The notes beneath the pieces were generated by a model. The model did not search any database and was not told the origin of the DNA. It saw nothing but the letters and a program-made list of their open reading frames with translations. 64,000 bases of DNA from NCBI GenBank assembly GCA_012295275.1, contig CM022672.1, forward strand, positions 4,960,001 to 5,024,000. The letters are read 5' to 3'. Shown here piece by piece: positions 35,287 to 51,089 of the stretch; the stretch's first letter is position 1; each line of letters begins with the position of its first letter. This DNA comes from Chrysomallon squamiferum (taxonomy: Eukaryota > Animalia > Mollusca). The position numbers were made by a program, and so were the translations under genes.

Positions 35287-36590
35287 TAAATAAATAAATA
35301 AATAAATTACTGTTACTACTACCACTAAAAATGAAATTCGAGATCAATCGTTAAAAAAAAAAAAAAAATAATAATAATAATAATAATCAAACTTTCATTA
35401 CGTAAGATGAATTTTAGTATTAAAAAAAAAAAAACCCAGGTTACTTCTTCCACACGTATCTGAACGTTATTCAGCTTCTTTTCTTTAACCTTAAAACTAT
35501 AATGTGTTAATAAAACGTGCCTGCATTCATGCACACAGTTATGACTTTGGAGATACGTGTCAGCTTGTCTCAATCGGAAACCAGAGACGCTGAACTAAAA
35601 TAGCTGACATTTATTACGCGATGTCGATATTTCACGTAACCCTCTGTGTCAACCACCGAAACAAGTTCTGCATCTCCATAATGTTTTTTTGTTTGTTTTT
35701 TCTAACACTTTCGAAAGATCTCTTCCATTTAAAGCCAGAAAATGTAGACGTACCAATCCCTTGGACTTAGGTGCGTAGAATTATTATCGCGATGGTGAAA
35801 TGAGATCGATTAATCACTACTCAATGAATCAATAATAATAATAATAATAGTAATAATAATAATAATAATATTAATAATAATAATAGTAAAGTATGTTTTT
35901 TATGAACAAGTGGTCAGTACTCTATCTACACATCTAAAACATTTTGGTTTTATTAATTAAAGCCCGCAAAACTATCAAAATAATCTGAAAATAGAATTCA
36001 GTGATGTCAAAATAACGTCGAACGAAGAAGGAACATTTTTTTTTTTAGTAATTATTATAAATTCAGACCCCTCAAAAAAAATAAAAAAAAAAAAAAAAAT
36101 GATATTAAAATATAAATAACATTTTCAATAATTCTAATATACATAATTTTTTTAATAATTATTATTTTTTTATAAGTTAAGACCAAATTCTGATCAAATA
36201 AAAAAACATAAAAAAATAAAAATGATATAAAATACAAACATACAATATCCAATAGTTCTAATATATAATGTTTTTTATTTTTTATTTTTTTCCCCAGTGG
36301 AGCTGTTTACGTAACCTCCTGTGTCTGCTTATTCAACGTACTTCCAATCGATTTTTGTGTGTGTGCGCAAGTTATCTGATGGAAAAAACGTAAAGTGATG
36401 CTAGACATTTCACATTAAATGCTCCGCTTTGATTGTCACTGCCTCAGCGCAGCAAGTAAAAAGAGACACTGTTGTCAGTCAAACGCTGATGTAATCACCG
36501 TACTTTGAAAAGCGAAGGCTTGGCTTGATTAAAACATTCAAAGTCTCGTTAAATTGGGTGGCATATATATTTTGGGAAGAGTATTCATGT

Positions 36591-36628
<38 letters not shown>

Positions 36629-37956
36629 TTGTGTGTGTGTGTGTGTGTGTGCGCGTGCGAGCTGTATATTGATTCTTTAATATTAGATGACATAATGACG
36701 TAAACAGTGATTCTGAAAAATTGAAAATTTCATATATACTAAGGCTGTAGAAGATAACATTTAATACTGCGACTACATTTATAAAGGTTTATCTATATAT
36801 AAATATATCATGAATTACTTTTAACTATATATATGTATATCATGAATCTAACTATTTTATTTTCAGTTTTTATTTATATCAACAGTTGAGTGGTTCATTG
36901 GTAATACATATAACTACATGTAACTTATAGTACAGGTTGAAACAGATAAGAAACCCGCTCCCTCAGTGCAGTATTATTATTCGACGACCAGCAATGAACA
37001 TTTTGATATACACAGACCAAAATAAACAAAATAACAGATGATAACACGAATAGGTTAAGCATTACGTTGATATTTTACCACTAAACTATGAAACCCCTCT
37101 CTTAGTCAAAATGTTAAAGTGAAAGGGCAAGATACTTAGCATTTAACGATATTTGTGGAGTTTTAAAAACCATTACATTTAATAACTACCTCCGTTTGAT
37201 TTTAATGCCTAAATATACTACTATTCAATTAACAGTACATAAAAAAGCTTGTTTTTAACATAATGTTACTCTTCCTATTAAATTTACTGTTTTAGTTAAA
37301 TGGCTTTGCACTTAAATAGACTTATTTAGACATATGCGTGTTATTTAAAAGTTGTTTTGCCAACGTCAGCAAACGGAAATGACCGGTTAGCGACACCGAC
37401 AGGTTCCGTGTTGACTGTTTACATACATCATCACTTTTTAATTTGTCTGTTTTGTCTTTCTGTTTTGTGTTCTGTCTTCGAAATGCATGATGAAATTTTA
37501 GGTCTTCCCAGCAGTTTCATCGTCAACACTGGGAAAGTATAGTTAACTAAAATAGACTGATTTCCAAGTCATTGACATTTCCGAGCATTTTTTTTTTCTT
37601 ATGTTAGAACAGGAAATCGATGAATTAGTGTATGTAATTGTTTAATGATATTTAAAATGTACTTCTAGCATTACGAAAACATATGACGCAATCAAATTCT
37701 TTATATTTCCAAGTTATTGTGTTTAGTGTTTTTCGCGATCTAACATTGCTCACAGCAATGTATGAGAACAAAAATAACACTGTTACAGAACATCTGAACC
37801 TCGGCACTTTCACCCTTCACAAGAGGAATCTTCCTAACACTGAATCTTTTCTTGCAACGCTAGAAGAAATGTTAAATCAGATTGGCCCCACCCCCCTGCA
37901 TTTGCCCCCCTGGACGACTGCTTGTAACCCCAGCCGGCCCTAATTCTAGAACTTCA

Positions 37957-38111
37957 GAAAATAAATAAATAAATAAACAAAACCATCATTAAAGTAAAAT
38001 GTAACTTTCAAGATAAAAATTTTCTTCCATTCTATTATTAGAAGAGAGAGAAAATAAATAAATAAATAAACAAAACCATCATTAAAGTAGAAATGACAGA
38101 CTTTCAAGATC
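37957..38111. repeat. Local direct duplication (~60-bp copies, ~93-bp period)
   Basis: GAAAATAAATAAATAAATAAACAAAACCATCATTAAAGTA...ACTTTCAAGAT at ~37957 and ~38050. Confidence 0.85.
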
Positions 38112-39289
38112 AAAACAGACTACCACAGACAGAACAGAAAATAGAGCAGAAAACAGACAGACAGAGAGAGAGAGAAGCGCCTATTCGACCTTGGCACTGG
38201 ATATGCGTAGGACATTCCCCACCCTAACTTTTCACTTGTAGTAATTAAGCGTTGAAGATGTAACTCGGAAGAAAATGGAAATGTATTGATTCAGTTCAGC
38301 TTATTCGCCAACACGTTGTTTCTGTGAGCAGTCAAATTAGCGCCCACACCAGTCACCACCTAGGCACCAACCCACGGGAACAGCGAGAAAAACACAACAC
38401 AACATAAATAAATTATCAGGGATCACAAAACAGTCAAGTTTTATTAACTGGGTAACTGACGAAGTTAAATTTAAAGTAAATGCGAAAAACATTAACAAGG
38501 ATCTTTGAACATTATGCGGCCATTAGTAGCATAAAGTTAATTTAAATATATTAAAGAAAAAAAAAGAAACAAAAAAAGGAAAAAAAAGGAACAAAGAAAG
38601 AATGAAAAAGAAAAGGAAGGAAAAAAGAAAGACAAAAAGAAAAAATTGAGAAAAGTCTACTAACATTTTAAGGAAGCATAAAATATGTCATCAATCGATA
38701 CTGTACAGAACACATGAGTAAAGAATTAATAAATAAAATAGCCTTTCTATTTTTGTTATTTTTTTTTTATATACTAAAATTGAAATGCATTATAAAGGGT
38801 CGTTAAACAAAAGATCTTTTTGTTGATAGAATCGGTAAATAAATTGTTTTGGTTTTTGAATTTTGTTTGAAAGAATACGCAGTGAATCATCAAATGTCTG
38901 TGACAACGTGAAAATATCAGATATAAATTTCAATTAAATACTAAATCCATTTATTGTTACATTTCTTACTGAAAATTCTTCTATAAATAAGCCTTTATTT
39001 ATTTATTTATTTATTTATTTAATTACCAAATGTTTGACGTATTATACTGTATAATGTTTTTTTGTTTGTTTTTTTAATTTTTAATTTTTTGTTTTCTCAG
39101 TTTATTATATATAATAATATTTTATTTCACTATTATATCAAAAAGATCATTCATATATAAAAGCATCATTAAAGATCATTATAACACAGGCAACATTATA
39201 ATTATGAATATATTTAGATGACTTTGGGATAATATTCATTATATTATATATGATTTTGTGTGTAAGTGTGTGGCTTTATATACGTATGC

Positions 39290-39502
39290 ACGTATTTTAG
39301 GATTTTTGAATATTCTATATGTTATGGACGTCTGATTAGACTCTGCTCGTAGACAATATTCGGGAACGCACTGGCGCAGGAGGACAAAGTCCAATCACGA
39401 CCTCACACAAACCCGTCAGATGCCGCTGACAAGACTCGAACGTATGACACCCATTCACACGCACTCCTAAAGCGGACGATGTTACCATTCGGCCACCGAA
39501 AC
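39290..39502 (-). mobile_element. SINE family B, near full length, with an 82-nt tRNA-Leu-like head (39421-39502)
   Basis: Minus strand: A box GGTGGCCGAATGGT, loop TTTAGGA, long variable region, B box GTTCGAGTC. The body CCAGTGCGTTCCCGAATATTGTCTA...AATCAGACGT recurs at ~46532 and ~63284. Confidence 0.7.
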
Positions 39503-39562
39503 AACTTTAATGTATGTATGTATGTATGTATGTATGTTTGTATGTATGTATGGTGTGTGTTT

Positions 39563-39614
<52 letters not shown>

Positions 39615-41194
39615 CGTTTGTATCGGTGGCTTTGTACATACATGTACGTGTATCTGTGTTCACGTGTATAAAATTATGTTTCTGTGAACGTGTATGTCTC
39701 TGTAAGTCTGTATGTATGCATTTGGACTCCATAACCACCTAATCTTGACAGGCTTTCTAAACAAAACTGTTGTGTTGCTTCTCATTACTTACGTTTCTAT
39801 TTCCATCTTCAACACATTAAGCATATAATAAGTTGTTTTCTTTCGCTTATTCAGCTTCGGACTAATATTATTTTGCATAACAACAACAACAATAACAACA
39901 ACAGATTTAAAAAAAAAAAAAAAAAAAAAGAAATTATAAAAAAAAAGATTATTGATTTTTTTTTTTTTTAATAACGAACTGAGAAAATACACAATGATAA
40001 ATTGGTTAATTACGGTAGTCTGCCAGGAAATCTCATTGGAGGTCACTGACGTCATAGCTTCTATTTTTGGATTTAATGATGTATTGATAGCTACACACAC
40101 ATTTCTACACAACAACAACGCACAGAAACGAACCATAAACAGGATTTTTCTAATATTAGAGATGTTTTCCTGTTATTTTTAACTCATGTGGACACTAACG
40201 TGTTTACATCCTGGTACTGTGTGACGGGTTAAACGACAAAGGTTACATGTTTTCTGCAATTCCTAAAGTTTCACTGATGAAAGATACCATCAGCGGCTGA
40301 TCCACATTCAGTAAAATGAAATAATAATAATAGTAATAATAATAATAATAATAATCATAATAATAATAATAATAATAACAACAACAGTAATAATAATAAT
40401 AATAGTAACAACAAAAACAACAAAGCAATAATCATAATAATAATAATTATAATAATAAGAACAACAACAACAGCAACTTGAACAGCAATAACAATAATAA
40501 TAATAATAATAATAATAACAACAACAACAACAAACAACAACGATAATAATAATAATTATGATGATGATGATGATGATGATAATACCAGTAACATTAACAG
40601 TACTACAAGCAACAATAATTATTTTATTTTACAAAAAAAAAACCAAAAAAAAAAAAAAAAAAAATAAAATAAAACGTATAGAATACTTTTTTCTTTACAT
40701 ACTCACTTAAACAGGCAAGCAAACAAAAAAGAAGAAAAAAAAAAACGGATTAAAAATCTCATTACAATATTATAGTTATATTATATATTATTTATATTAT
40801 TTCTTACACACACAGACACATAAACATATGAAAGGTAGTCTTTACAAAAAATAAAATAATAATAATAACAACAACAGCAACAACAACAACAATAATAATA
40901 ATAATAATAAACCTCAAAATAACAAAAACAAATACAGAGAAGAAGCAAAATAAAACATCAAATACAAAATAAAAAAACAAAACATAACAAAACCTAAATA
41001 GACAGTATTACATACACTTCACAGACAAAACGCACACGCACACACATTTAACAAAGAAAACAACTATGTTGCCTATTTTTAAAAACGTTTTTCAAAATGT
41101 ACGCTTAGGTTTGCGTAAACGATAAAGAGACCACAAAAGAAAGCAAAAGAAAAGATAATCAATAAAAAGATCAACATTTTTTGTTGTTGTTTGT

Positions 41195-41352
<158 letters not shown>

Positions 41353-42849
41353 TTTTATCGCATAATTCTAATAAGACGTAAAAAAAAAATGGAATGTCAT
41401 TCGTGTTTATTTTTCTCCTTTCATTCCTCCCCCGCTACTTTCAATTTTTTTTCTTCTTTTTTTTTCAGTCAATTAGTTGTTATTTCTATCGGGTCATGTC
41501 AGCAGGAGACGAAGAGAAACCTATTATTACTGGAAATAAAAAAATAAAGAAAACGTCTTTTTAATCAGAACGCTAAATCTCACTTTGAAATAATAAAACG
41601 CTATATTAGGAAGGCTTACTCCGTTCCAGAACAAAAAATATATATATTTTATTTTTTTACTAATAAAATGCCACACTTGGCAAGACTTTATGATTAATTT
41701 TAGCTCTTTTTATGAACTATGAAAATAAATTTACCGAAGCACAGATAAATAAATGAATGTTGTGTGTGCATATTTACAATGTTTGCGTGTTTATTAGAAT
41801 TTATTTTTTCTTGGTAAAATAAACAGCACTGACTAGTATTGAAAGTACGATTGTTATTAATAACTATATTTATAACGATAAGAATAACAAGGACAGAAAT
41901 AAAATAGTGCAAAACAATAACAACAACAACAAGGACGACAACAACAGCAACAACGATAAATAATAATAACGGTAGCAGTAGCAGTTGTTGTAGTAGATGT
42001 AATAATAGTAGTAATGGTGATAGTACTAGTAGTTCTAGTAGTTGTTGTAGTAAAGTAGTAGCAGCAGTAGTAGCAGTATCTGTAGTAGTTGTTGTTGTAG
42101 TAAATTAAGCACTGATAATGATAGTAGTTGTAGTTGTAGTTGTAATGGCATAGAGTACGTTTTGAAGAAGTATTTGTAATAGTAGATATCCAAAAATATC
42201 ACCAACATGATCATCATCATTATTATTTAGTAACACTAAAATACAGCCCAATAAATGAATGAATGAATAAATAAATAAATAAATAAATAAATAAATTCAC
42301 GTAGGGATGCACATTAAAAAACAACAAAAAACAACAACAACAACGACCAAAAATAATAAAAATAAAATAAACAACAAAAGCAACAGCAGTTTTGTTCGCA
42401 GAAACGGTAGATCATTGCAATTCATTTCTGAACAGACCTCTGTCACGTTAGTAATTTTCTATTTATTATTATTGTTATTTTAACAGTGTTATTGTGATGC
42501 ACACTTAAAACTGACACAACGTCTCTCTGAGTGGTGCTACAACTACCCACATCAGATTTACGTATTCCGCATCACGTTTTGTATTATTCTTAAGATCGCA
42601 CCCACATACGGCATCAAACACCGAACCTAGCATGCGTGTTCGTGTTCAATGTGGCGTTATTAGAAGTAAATAAAAAAAAAAAAAATTGATGCCAAACTGA
42701 AGGAAAAAACCCCCACCTTTATGGTAATGTACTTTGAAAGATCCAAATTGACTGTGTATTAATTTTACTTTGTAACTCAGAATAATTTAAGTGTTTGGAA
42801 TAATGTGTAAGTAGCAATTATTTAAGCGAATAATTTTGAGATGTGCATC

Positions 42850-42888
<39 letters not shown>

Positions 42889-43437
42889 TTGATAACACTG
42901 ATATTATGCTTAACTGTGAATGATCAGAAATTAGTTTGTTTTATTTAAGTAATAAATAATTATATATTTTAAGAATGTATCAAAATATATATATTCCAAA
43001 ACAATACTTTTTAAACTTGTGAATGGTTCATTCATGTATGAATGAATGTGGTTTGGAGCGACAAATATTGAAATAGTTTAAAACAAACACTGACGTAAAA
43101 TATCAAAAATAAGTTAAGAGGTATTAAAATTATACGCTATAAATATAAAATGATGCAATGATAACACTTTTATTTCCTGATAGTTCACAGGTACAGTGGA
43201 CTTGTAGATTCCAGTCTAGTCAACATTAGAGTTCTTGTTTTATCTGCAGTGAAGATTTTAAAACGTCTTTAACAGTCAGAGTTTACAGGTTGTAGTCTAC
43301 GACAGGCTGATGTTTCCAGTAACAGTAATGAAAGTACAGCTTGTTTTCCTAAATCCCTATCTGTATGTTTCCTTTCTGTCTCTTTACTGATTTTTCTTTC
43401 GATACATACTTATGTTTATCAAATGGCTGCTTCGTTC

Positions 43438-43439
<2 letters not shown>

Positions 43440-43527
<88 letters not shown>
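43440..43527. repeat. (GA)n microsatellite
   Basis: Directly visible. Confidence 0.97.
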
Positions 43528-43531
<4 letters not shown>

Positions 43532-43667
43532 TTGCCACACTCAAATCTGAAACCAGTTTAAACGTTCTTAGATATACGAAGTGATCCATCACACTTCTGA
43601 CTTGGGGAAATGATATAAAAACAGATTTCCAAGATCCTACATCATATTAGACAAACAAATCTTTCTT

Positions 43668-43704
<37 letters not shown>

Positions 43705-44182
43705 TCCACCTACCATATAATGCTATCGGTACATAAGATGAAATTGCTTTCCCATTATTTGATGTTGTCGCTGTACGCTTGGTAATCACTGGAGGTTAAG
43801 TAGATTCTAGGATTAAAGGAATTTTTATGGAAGGTTTTTGCGCTGAAAGCAAGAAGGTCATTACAGAATTACGTGTAATAAATGATGTCGGTGACAGTAA
43901 ACCTCTCGAAGTTATCCAAGCAAACACGAACTACAGGAACAATATCCTCGCTGGATCATCGTCCAGAAAAGAAAGTATAATAGACGAAATCAGATTGCCA
44001 GTGTAATCTAATATGTTACTCGATGGCAAGACGTTAATGATTAGAGAGAAAGATTCTGAAACGCAAAAAACCCCAGAAAGATTCGTCCGTGGCTAAATGG
44101 ACAGTCAGTGATATGAATGAAATATTAAATACAGATAAACAGCTAATCAACTCCAATTATTTCTCTCTCTCTCTGTCTCTCG

Positions 44183-44259
<77 letters not shown>

Positions 44260-44970
44260 ACTCTCTTCGTGTCAGTTTTAAGTGTGGCATTACAAAAAAC
44301 AGTTAAGAAATGATAATAAATTTAAAAAATACTAACGTGACAGAGATCTGTTCAAAAATGAATGCAATGATTTACTTTCTGCGAATAACACTGTTATTTA
44401 TATATTTATTTGCATTGTTGTAGTTGTTGTTTTTGATGTTTGTTTTTTAATATTATTTATTTATTTATTTTATTTTATTTTATTTTATTTTATTTTATTT
44501 TATTTTATTTTATTTTTGATTTTATATCCCTTCCTACCTGAATTTATTTATTTAATTCATAATATCAAATTTCCTTTATGTCAAAATATTTTTTGTTCCT
44601 TTTGTCTAATTATCCGATTCTTTTGTACAATTAGGTGTAAAATCGTAAAAATGATAACAAAAATTCATGTTTTCAATAATAATTAGACGCTCACTAACAT
44701 ACACATAGCTTGGATGACGTATCTTGAAAAATCTATAGGTCACGTGATGATGATAGGATTTACAAATAGTTCTTTGACTAAATCTTCGATCCAGCAAAAC
44801 GGAAATTGAATTTTTCTGGCTAACTCATGTTGAGTGAAAACACTGAGTTTGTAGAAAAATAAAACATATAATTACGCTGGCATTCTGCTGTGTTTTTGTT
44901 ATGTTTTGTTATTCTTTGTCTGTCTACTTATGTATGCTATCTATTATTTTGTCTAACTATCCATCCGTCG

Positions 44971-45460
<490 letters not shown>

Positions 45461-46182
45461 TCGGTCTGAAATAGATATACATATAACTCCAATTCATTAC
45501 TCATTAGCTGACTAACAGTTATCTTTACTTTGCGTTTACACCAGAAACCATCCATCCTTGGACACACAAACACACACACACATACACACACATGCATACA
45601 CGCTCACACACACACATACATACAGTTACACACATATGCACTTTCAGTCGAGTCAGCAAACGTAATGGAATTCTTATCACACTTAAAACCGTGTAACAAA
45701 CACGGGCTGAAGTTAAACAGACGCTGACAATTTTTCTATTAGCAGTGCTTAATCGGATACTAAGTCGCTAAATAAGATGACTCTGTTTTGTCAAATGTTA
45801 AAATGTCAACTGTTTGCAGCTGAATACTTTGGGGTTTTACGGTGGAAACCATCTCGTCACGCCTACAAGGAATTACCAACAGTTCTAAGAATCTCTTTGC
45901 GTTTTTTTCTTCTGTAACTTTAAAGCACTGGTGATTTAAACAAGGCTTTGACAAAACGATGAGTATGAGTACATATTTAGTATCGCTTTTAGACACAGCT
46001 CAGAGACAAATGTCATCTAGTACGTTCACTTTACAATATGAAGAAAAAAAAAAAGAAAAGAAGAAGAAATTCTCCGATTTAAGAAGTTTTGAATATTTAA
46101 AGTAAGTTTGTTTAGGTAATTTACGTGTGTATGTGTGTATATTTATATGTATGTACAAAAATATATACACAAAAACATGCAT

Positions 46183-46224
<42 letters not shown>

Positions 46225-46489
46225 TAATACACATACATACATATATACAACATACATACATACATACATACATACATACATACATACATACATACATACA
46301 TACATACATACAACATACAATATACATAGATACATACAAAAACATACATGCAGAAACACAAACTTTCAGAGACATAATGAGATGTACTTAAGACAATAGA
46401 ATGTTCATTCCTAAATACATATCTGCCTCTGCCAGGTCAGAAAACTGACAAAAAAAGTAAAGAACGGCTTGCTTCGTTGTCTTCGAAAA

Positions 46490-46596
46490 GCCGGCGACTG
46501 GGTTACATATGTTTGCGACTTATCCTCTAGTACCAGTGAGTTCCCGAATATTGTCTAATCAGACATAGTTAAGACAACATAATATTCATTCCAAAA

Positions 46597-46633
<37 letters not shown>

Positions 46634-46640
46634 ACACATA
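46490..46640 (+). mobile_element. SINE family B, 3' fragment with (CA)n tail
   Basis: CCAGTGAGTTCCCGAATATTGTCTAATCAGAC...AATATTCATTCCAAAA followed by (CA)n. Confidence 0.7.
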
Positions 46641-46763
46641 AATATACAGCAAATTCTATTAAATTAGAATGATATTGCAATAAAAGTATTTTTCGTAATA
46701 AATGTTATATTTCTAACATGTTCATTTTTAAATGCATAATTTCTTATATAAACTGCATTAGGA

Positions 46764-46881
<118 letters not shown>

Positions 46882-48049
46882 AATATCAATTTTAATTTAT
46901 GTGATCAAGGTCATGAATACTTCAGATGTCATGACCGAATATCTGAATGGCATTCAATTTTTATACTTCCTGTAAATTCTCCAATTAAAATTTTACACAT
47001 AACCAGTGTTAAAACCCTTTACAAACCAAGAGGTTTTGCCATAATGATACAGCTTGGCCTACAATACTTTTATACACAGGCAGCGTCTAAACACGTCAAA
47101 CAGAAGCTTAGAGGATGTGACATCTCTTAGCTTTCAGTTTTAAATTAGCGGACAGTCACAGAATGAATGTGACAGCAGGTAGGTTCATTTCGCTTGTGTC
47201 AAACCTTGAACTCTTTTTGAGGTTCTCATCAATAAAATTCCTTCCTGTATAAACAAATATTAATTTTCTGCGTTGAACTTGAATACTAACATCTGCAGGG
47301 TTTTTTTCAGAAAGGGACAGACGATTTGTTGCTTTAGTGCCATCATTGCTAAATTCCAGAACAATAGACAAATTCAGTCCAATTTCTTAGTTGTTTATTA
47401 CTTGCTTATATATCTTAATTCTTATGAATTTTTTGCTTTTCTTATTTTATTTTATTATAAACTCTTACATATATAATTTTTATTTATTAATTATTTTGTT
47501 GTTCTTATTATGTAGAGTATTTGTTGTTGTTGTTGTTGTTTTTATTTTTTTAAATTTAAATTTATTTACAGTTTCGTTCTTGTTTCTTTCTCCATATTTA
47601 CTTCTTTATTTATATACTTATGTACGATTATATTTTCAAGGTTCTAAAAGTTCTTCAAAATATATTACATTTAACGACAATGTCTAAATAAGCAGGGAAA
47701 AAATAAACAGTCCAAATTTACCAATACATTTTCTTTCCTGTCATTTTTCCCACGCAGACAATTTAAATAGCAATCAGCAAATAAAATAAAAGTACACGAG
47801 TATTGTACAGCGCTCTGAAGCTTGTTCGTAAGAATGACAGAACATCCATTTCTTTTTCCATTAACGATGCCCTTTGGCATATAAAGCACGGAAAAGAATC
47901 TTGTAGAGGGAGAAAGATGCGAGAAAAGGTTGTTATAGCACTAATTATCACTCAGAAAAAATAAAAAATCTAAAAAACAGAAGAAAGAAAACGCGAAATC
48001 ATATATTTGTCTCTATGCTATAGTTTCTTTTGATTAATGTATTTGTTTC

Positions 48050-48230
48050 ACGTCAAAGACAAAGCCTGGTGTATTCCTGTCTGTGAAAATGTGTGGATAA
48101 AATATTCCTTATTCCTTACTGTCGGCCGATTAGAGTAGCACATGGGCTTTGATCATTACATCATCACGAAACATAAGTTCAACAGCTGTACTTATAAATA
48201 CCTGTTGTGATGTCATGGAGTAAAAGAGAG
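48050..48230 (+). mobile_element. Degenerate SINE family A fragment
   Basis: TCAAAG...TATTCCTGTCTGTG...AGAGTAGCACATG parallels the 22825 copy. Confidence 0.45.
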
Positions 48231-48776
48231 TTCATTATATAATACAATATTTTAATATCATTGCAACGAACATATGAACAGATATAAGGAAAGATATACT
48301 TAAGTATATAGGCAGTTTTATGTTAATAGTTATATGAATTAAATCTGTTTAAAGACACATCAGCATACCTGTGCACGCGCGCATTAATAAATGTTTTTTT
48401 TATATAATATATATATAAATAATATGTACATAATGATACATATTTCTTTATGGAAATTCTTCCTGAACTCTTTTAACTAATTATCCTTACCTAGATTTTC
48501 AAACAACTTTTAAATACATGTCTTTTGTGATATGCGATGAACTTTCACCGAACAGTCAAGAACAAGGTTGGCAGTTTGATGCCTGATTCCATTTGACAGG
48601 TCCCAGTAAAATCTTGTTTTACAATGACCACATATATCAGAGAACATATCCTTTTAAAACATATAATTTAAATTTGATTGTTATGCTATCTAGGCTTTGA
48701 GTAATAAATACCTTTCTAGGGTGAAATAAATTTCAGCATTTTTCCATTTTAAGGAAAAAATATCCATATATCCTCT

Positions 48777-48975
48777 CAGTCGATGGCTTAAGTGAAATAA
48801 GTCATTCGCAGTTGATTGTTTAATTTAGATACGTCCAAATACCTTCTAGTCGATTGTTTTAAGTAGCATACGTCCTTACACACTTTCAGTCGATTGTTAA
48901 AATGAAATACGTCATTACATCCTTCCAGTCTATTGTTTAAATGAAATACGTCATTACATCCTTCCAGTCTACTAT
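48777..48975. repeat. ~39-bp minisatellite, ~5 diverged copies
   Basis: Consensus CAGTCGATTGTTTAAATGAAATACGTCATTACATCCTTC. Confidence 0.88.
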
Positions 48976-50802
48976 TTTAGTGGATTACATCCGTCCATTC
49001 TGTCATGAAAGTTTTATGTTCTGTAGTTCGTTACCCTTGCAGTGATCGTGCGCATTTTTTCGTTGATAAATAACAATATACTTATCAGCATTATTTTTTT
49101 GTACGTTTTCAATGTTTATACACAGAAAGACGTGGTATGAACTTTTGTGCCTTTGGAATACCGAGTATAAAACAATGCTTGCTGCTAATCGAACCGTGGA
49201 AACGTGTTTCATTGTCGTGTTTTTACATGAGAAACTCTGGTATCTAATGCTGTCATAATTAAAAATACTGTCGTGGCATGAAACCATCATTCACTTACGT
49301 TTACTTCAGACACCAAATGATTTCATTTATAGTTTCAAGTGCATATATGCGCAGTTGTGTGTATTATTGAATGTGTTTTATATAATGGAATTTTGTTGCT
49401 TTTCGATACCAATATAAATTTGACACTTCCGTGATTTATTAATTCCTCGGTAGAAGATTTCGTTTGATGTTGTATTTATAGTAGTAAACTATCTGTATTG
49501 GCTATTATATATAAGTAAATCAAAAAGTGTTTTGAGATCGCCATTAAGTAAAATAATTCGATTTCTTCTTCTTCTCCTCCTCCTCCTCCTCCTCTTCTTC
49601 TTCTTCTTCTTCTTCTTCTTCTTCTTCTTCTTCTTCTTCTTGTAACCCAGTGGTATAGCAGGATAACACACAACAAGAATTAATTCAGTTGTATTTATAA
49701 TAATAGGGACACCTGTCATTTATACGTTTCCAGATTTACAAATAGAAATAATTATCGGTAAAAGGGTTACACTAAAAACTCGTGTAAAGGTATTAATCAC
49801 AGCTGCACCATTCGTGTCATCAGCCCTCAGTGTCAAGGTCACGGTATTAGTGATTACAAAGCAGTTTTCACGAATCAATTTTAACATTATTGTATAACAA
49901 TATTTATTTATTTTTAACAGAATTTAAACATGTCGTTTCACTAAAAATCGCTTACAGTGCTCATTCTTTAAAATTATTTTAGTTCTTGAACAGTTCCCGA
50001 AGGAATAATATATCCGTATTGGTCCAACATTACTACGATTCTTAGACCTATTATCTACGATTATACCGGTAAAAGCGCTTGGGAAAACCAAATCTCTTTA
50101 ATAATCACTGACAGTGATCCTACACATGTTCATCCTTCAAGGATATGTACAAAATCTGTCTCCTGGGAGTGATATATCTCTATTGTTGCTTGCTTTAAAC
50201 CTAACTGCAGCCTACACACATCGCTACGGCCTTGTTCGATTTCGTAACCAGTTTGATTAACCCGAGTGCGCAGAGACGCACAGTTTAGGTCATCCAGGTC
50301 AGACAAGATGTCGTAAAGAAGCGTGGTGTCTCGGAAAGGAGAATATTTATGAATATTATTTCAAAACGTTATGACGCTAGTTCTGTACGGAATTTTGGAC
50401 GTTCGGGTTTTGAAGTCAAGTCTTTTAAGTTATAAATAAATAGCAGTTCGTATTAGATTTTTAAGGGACCTGCGTGGGAGGGGCTGATGCTGCAGAAAAA
50501 GAGGTGGGACACACATCTGTTGGAAGTGTTCTGATTTAAACTGATCGGATGACGTAGATTTGTGATTTTATACTTCAGTAGCCACTGCGGAAATCAGGAA
50601 ACTTCTCGAATTTCATCACACGTTTGTTTTCCTTCTCAAAAGAGGCTCAACAGTTGATTTAACAAATGCCGTCGTCATTATGGGAAGGTCCAGACATCAT
50701 AAATATTAGCTGCCATTTGAAAACGAGTACTGCGTAATTGGGAAGGGGTTTCTTTTTTTTATTATTATTGTATAACTGTTTAATATTATTACACCTCGAA
50801 CA

Positions 50803-50841
<39 letters not shown>

Positions 50842-51058
50842 TATTACATAATTATTTGGACAACACTTCAGAAACTGCATTGTGTATGTATTCCTCTTTC
50901 TCCCTTCCATTAATAAAAACGATAGTAGAATGTGCTGATTAAACTTTCTTTATAAATTATGAGTGACAAAAATATTGATATGCTGACTTGGAAGCGACCT
51001 TAGACACATAGTTTACATTGTCTGAAATGTTTACAGTGGATAGAAGAAGAAGAAGAAG

Positions 51059-51089
<31 letters not shown>

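Noticed and set aside
37683-37943. 86-aa ORF (MTQSNSLYFQ...)
   Set aside because: No recognisable motif or convincing splice context; consistent with chance.
39421-39502. Functional tRNA-Leu(TAG) gene
   Set aside because: The acceptor, anticodon and T stems pair poorly, there is no oligo-T terminator directly after it, and it continues into a repeated SINE body.
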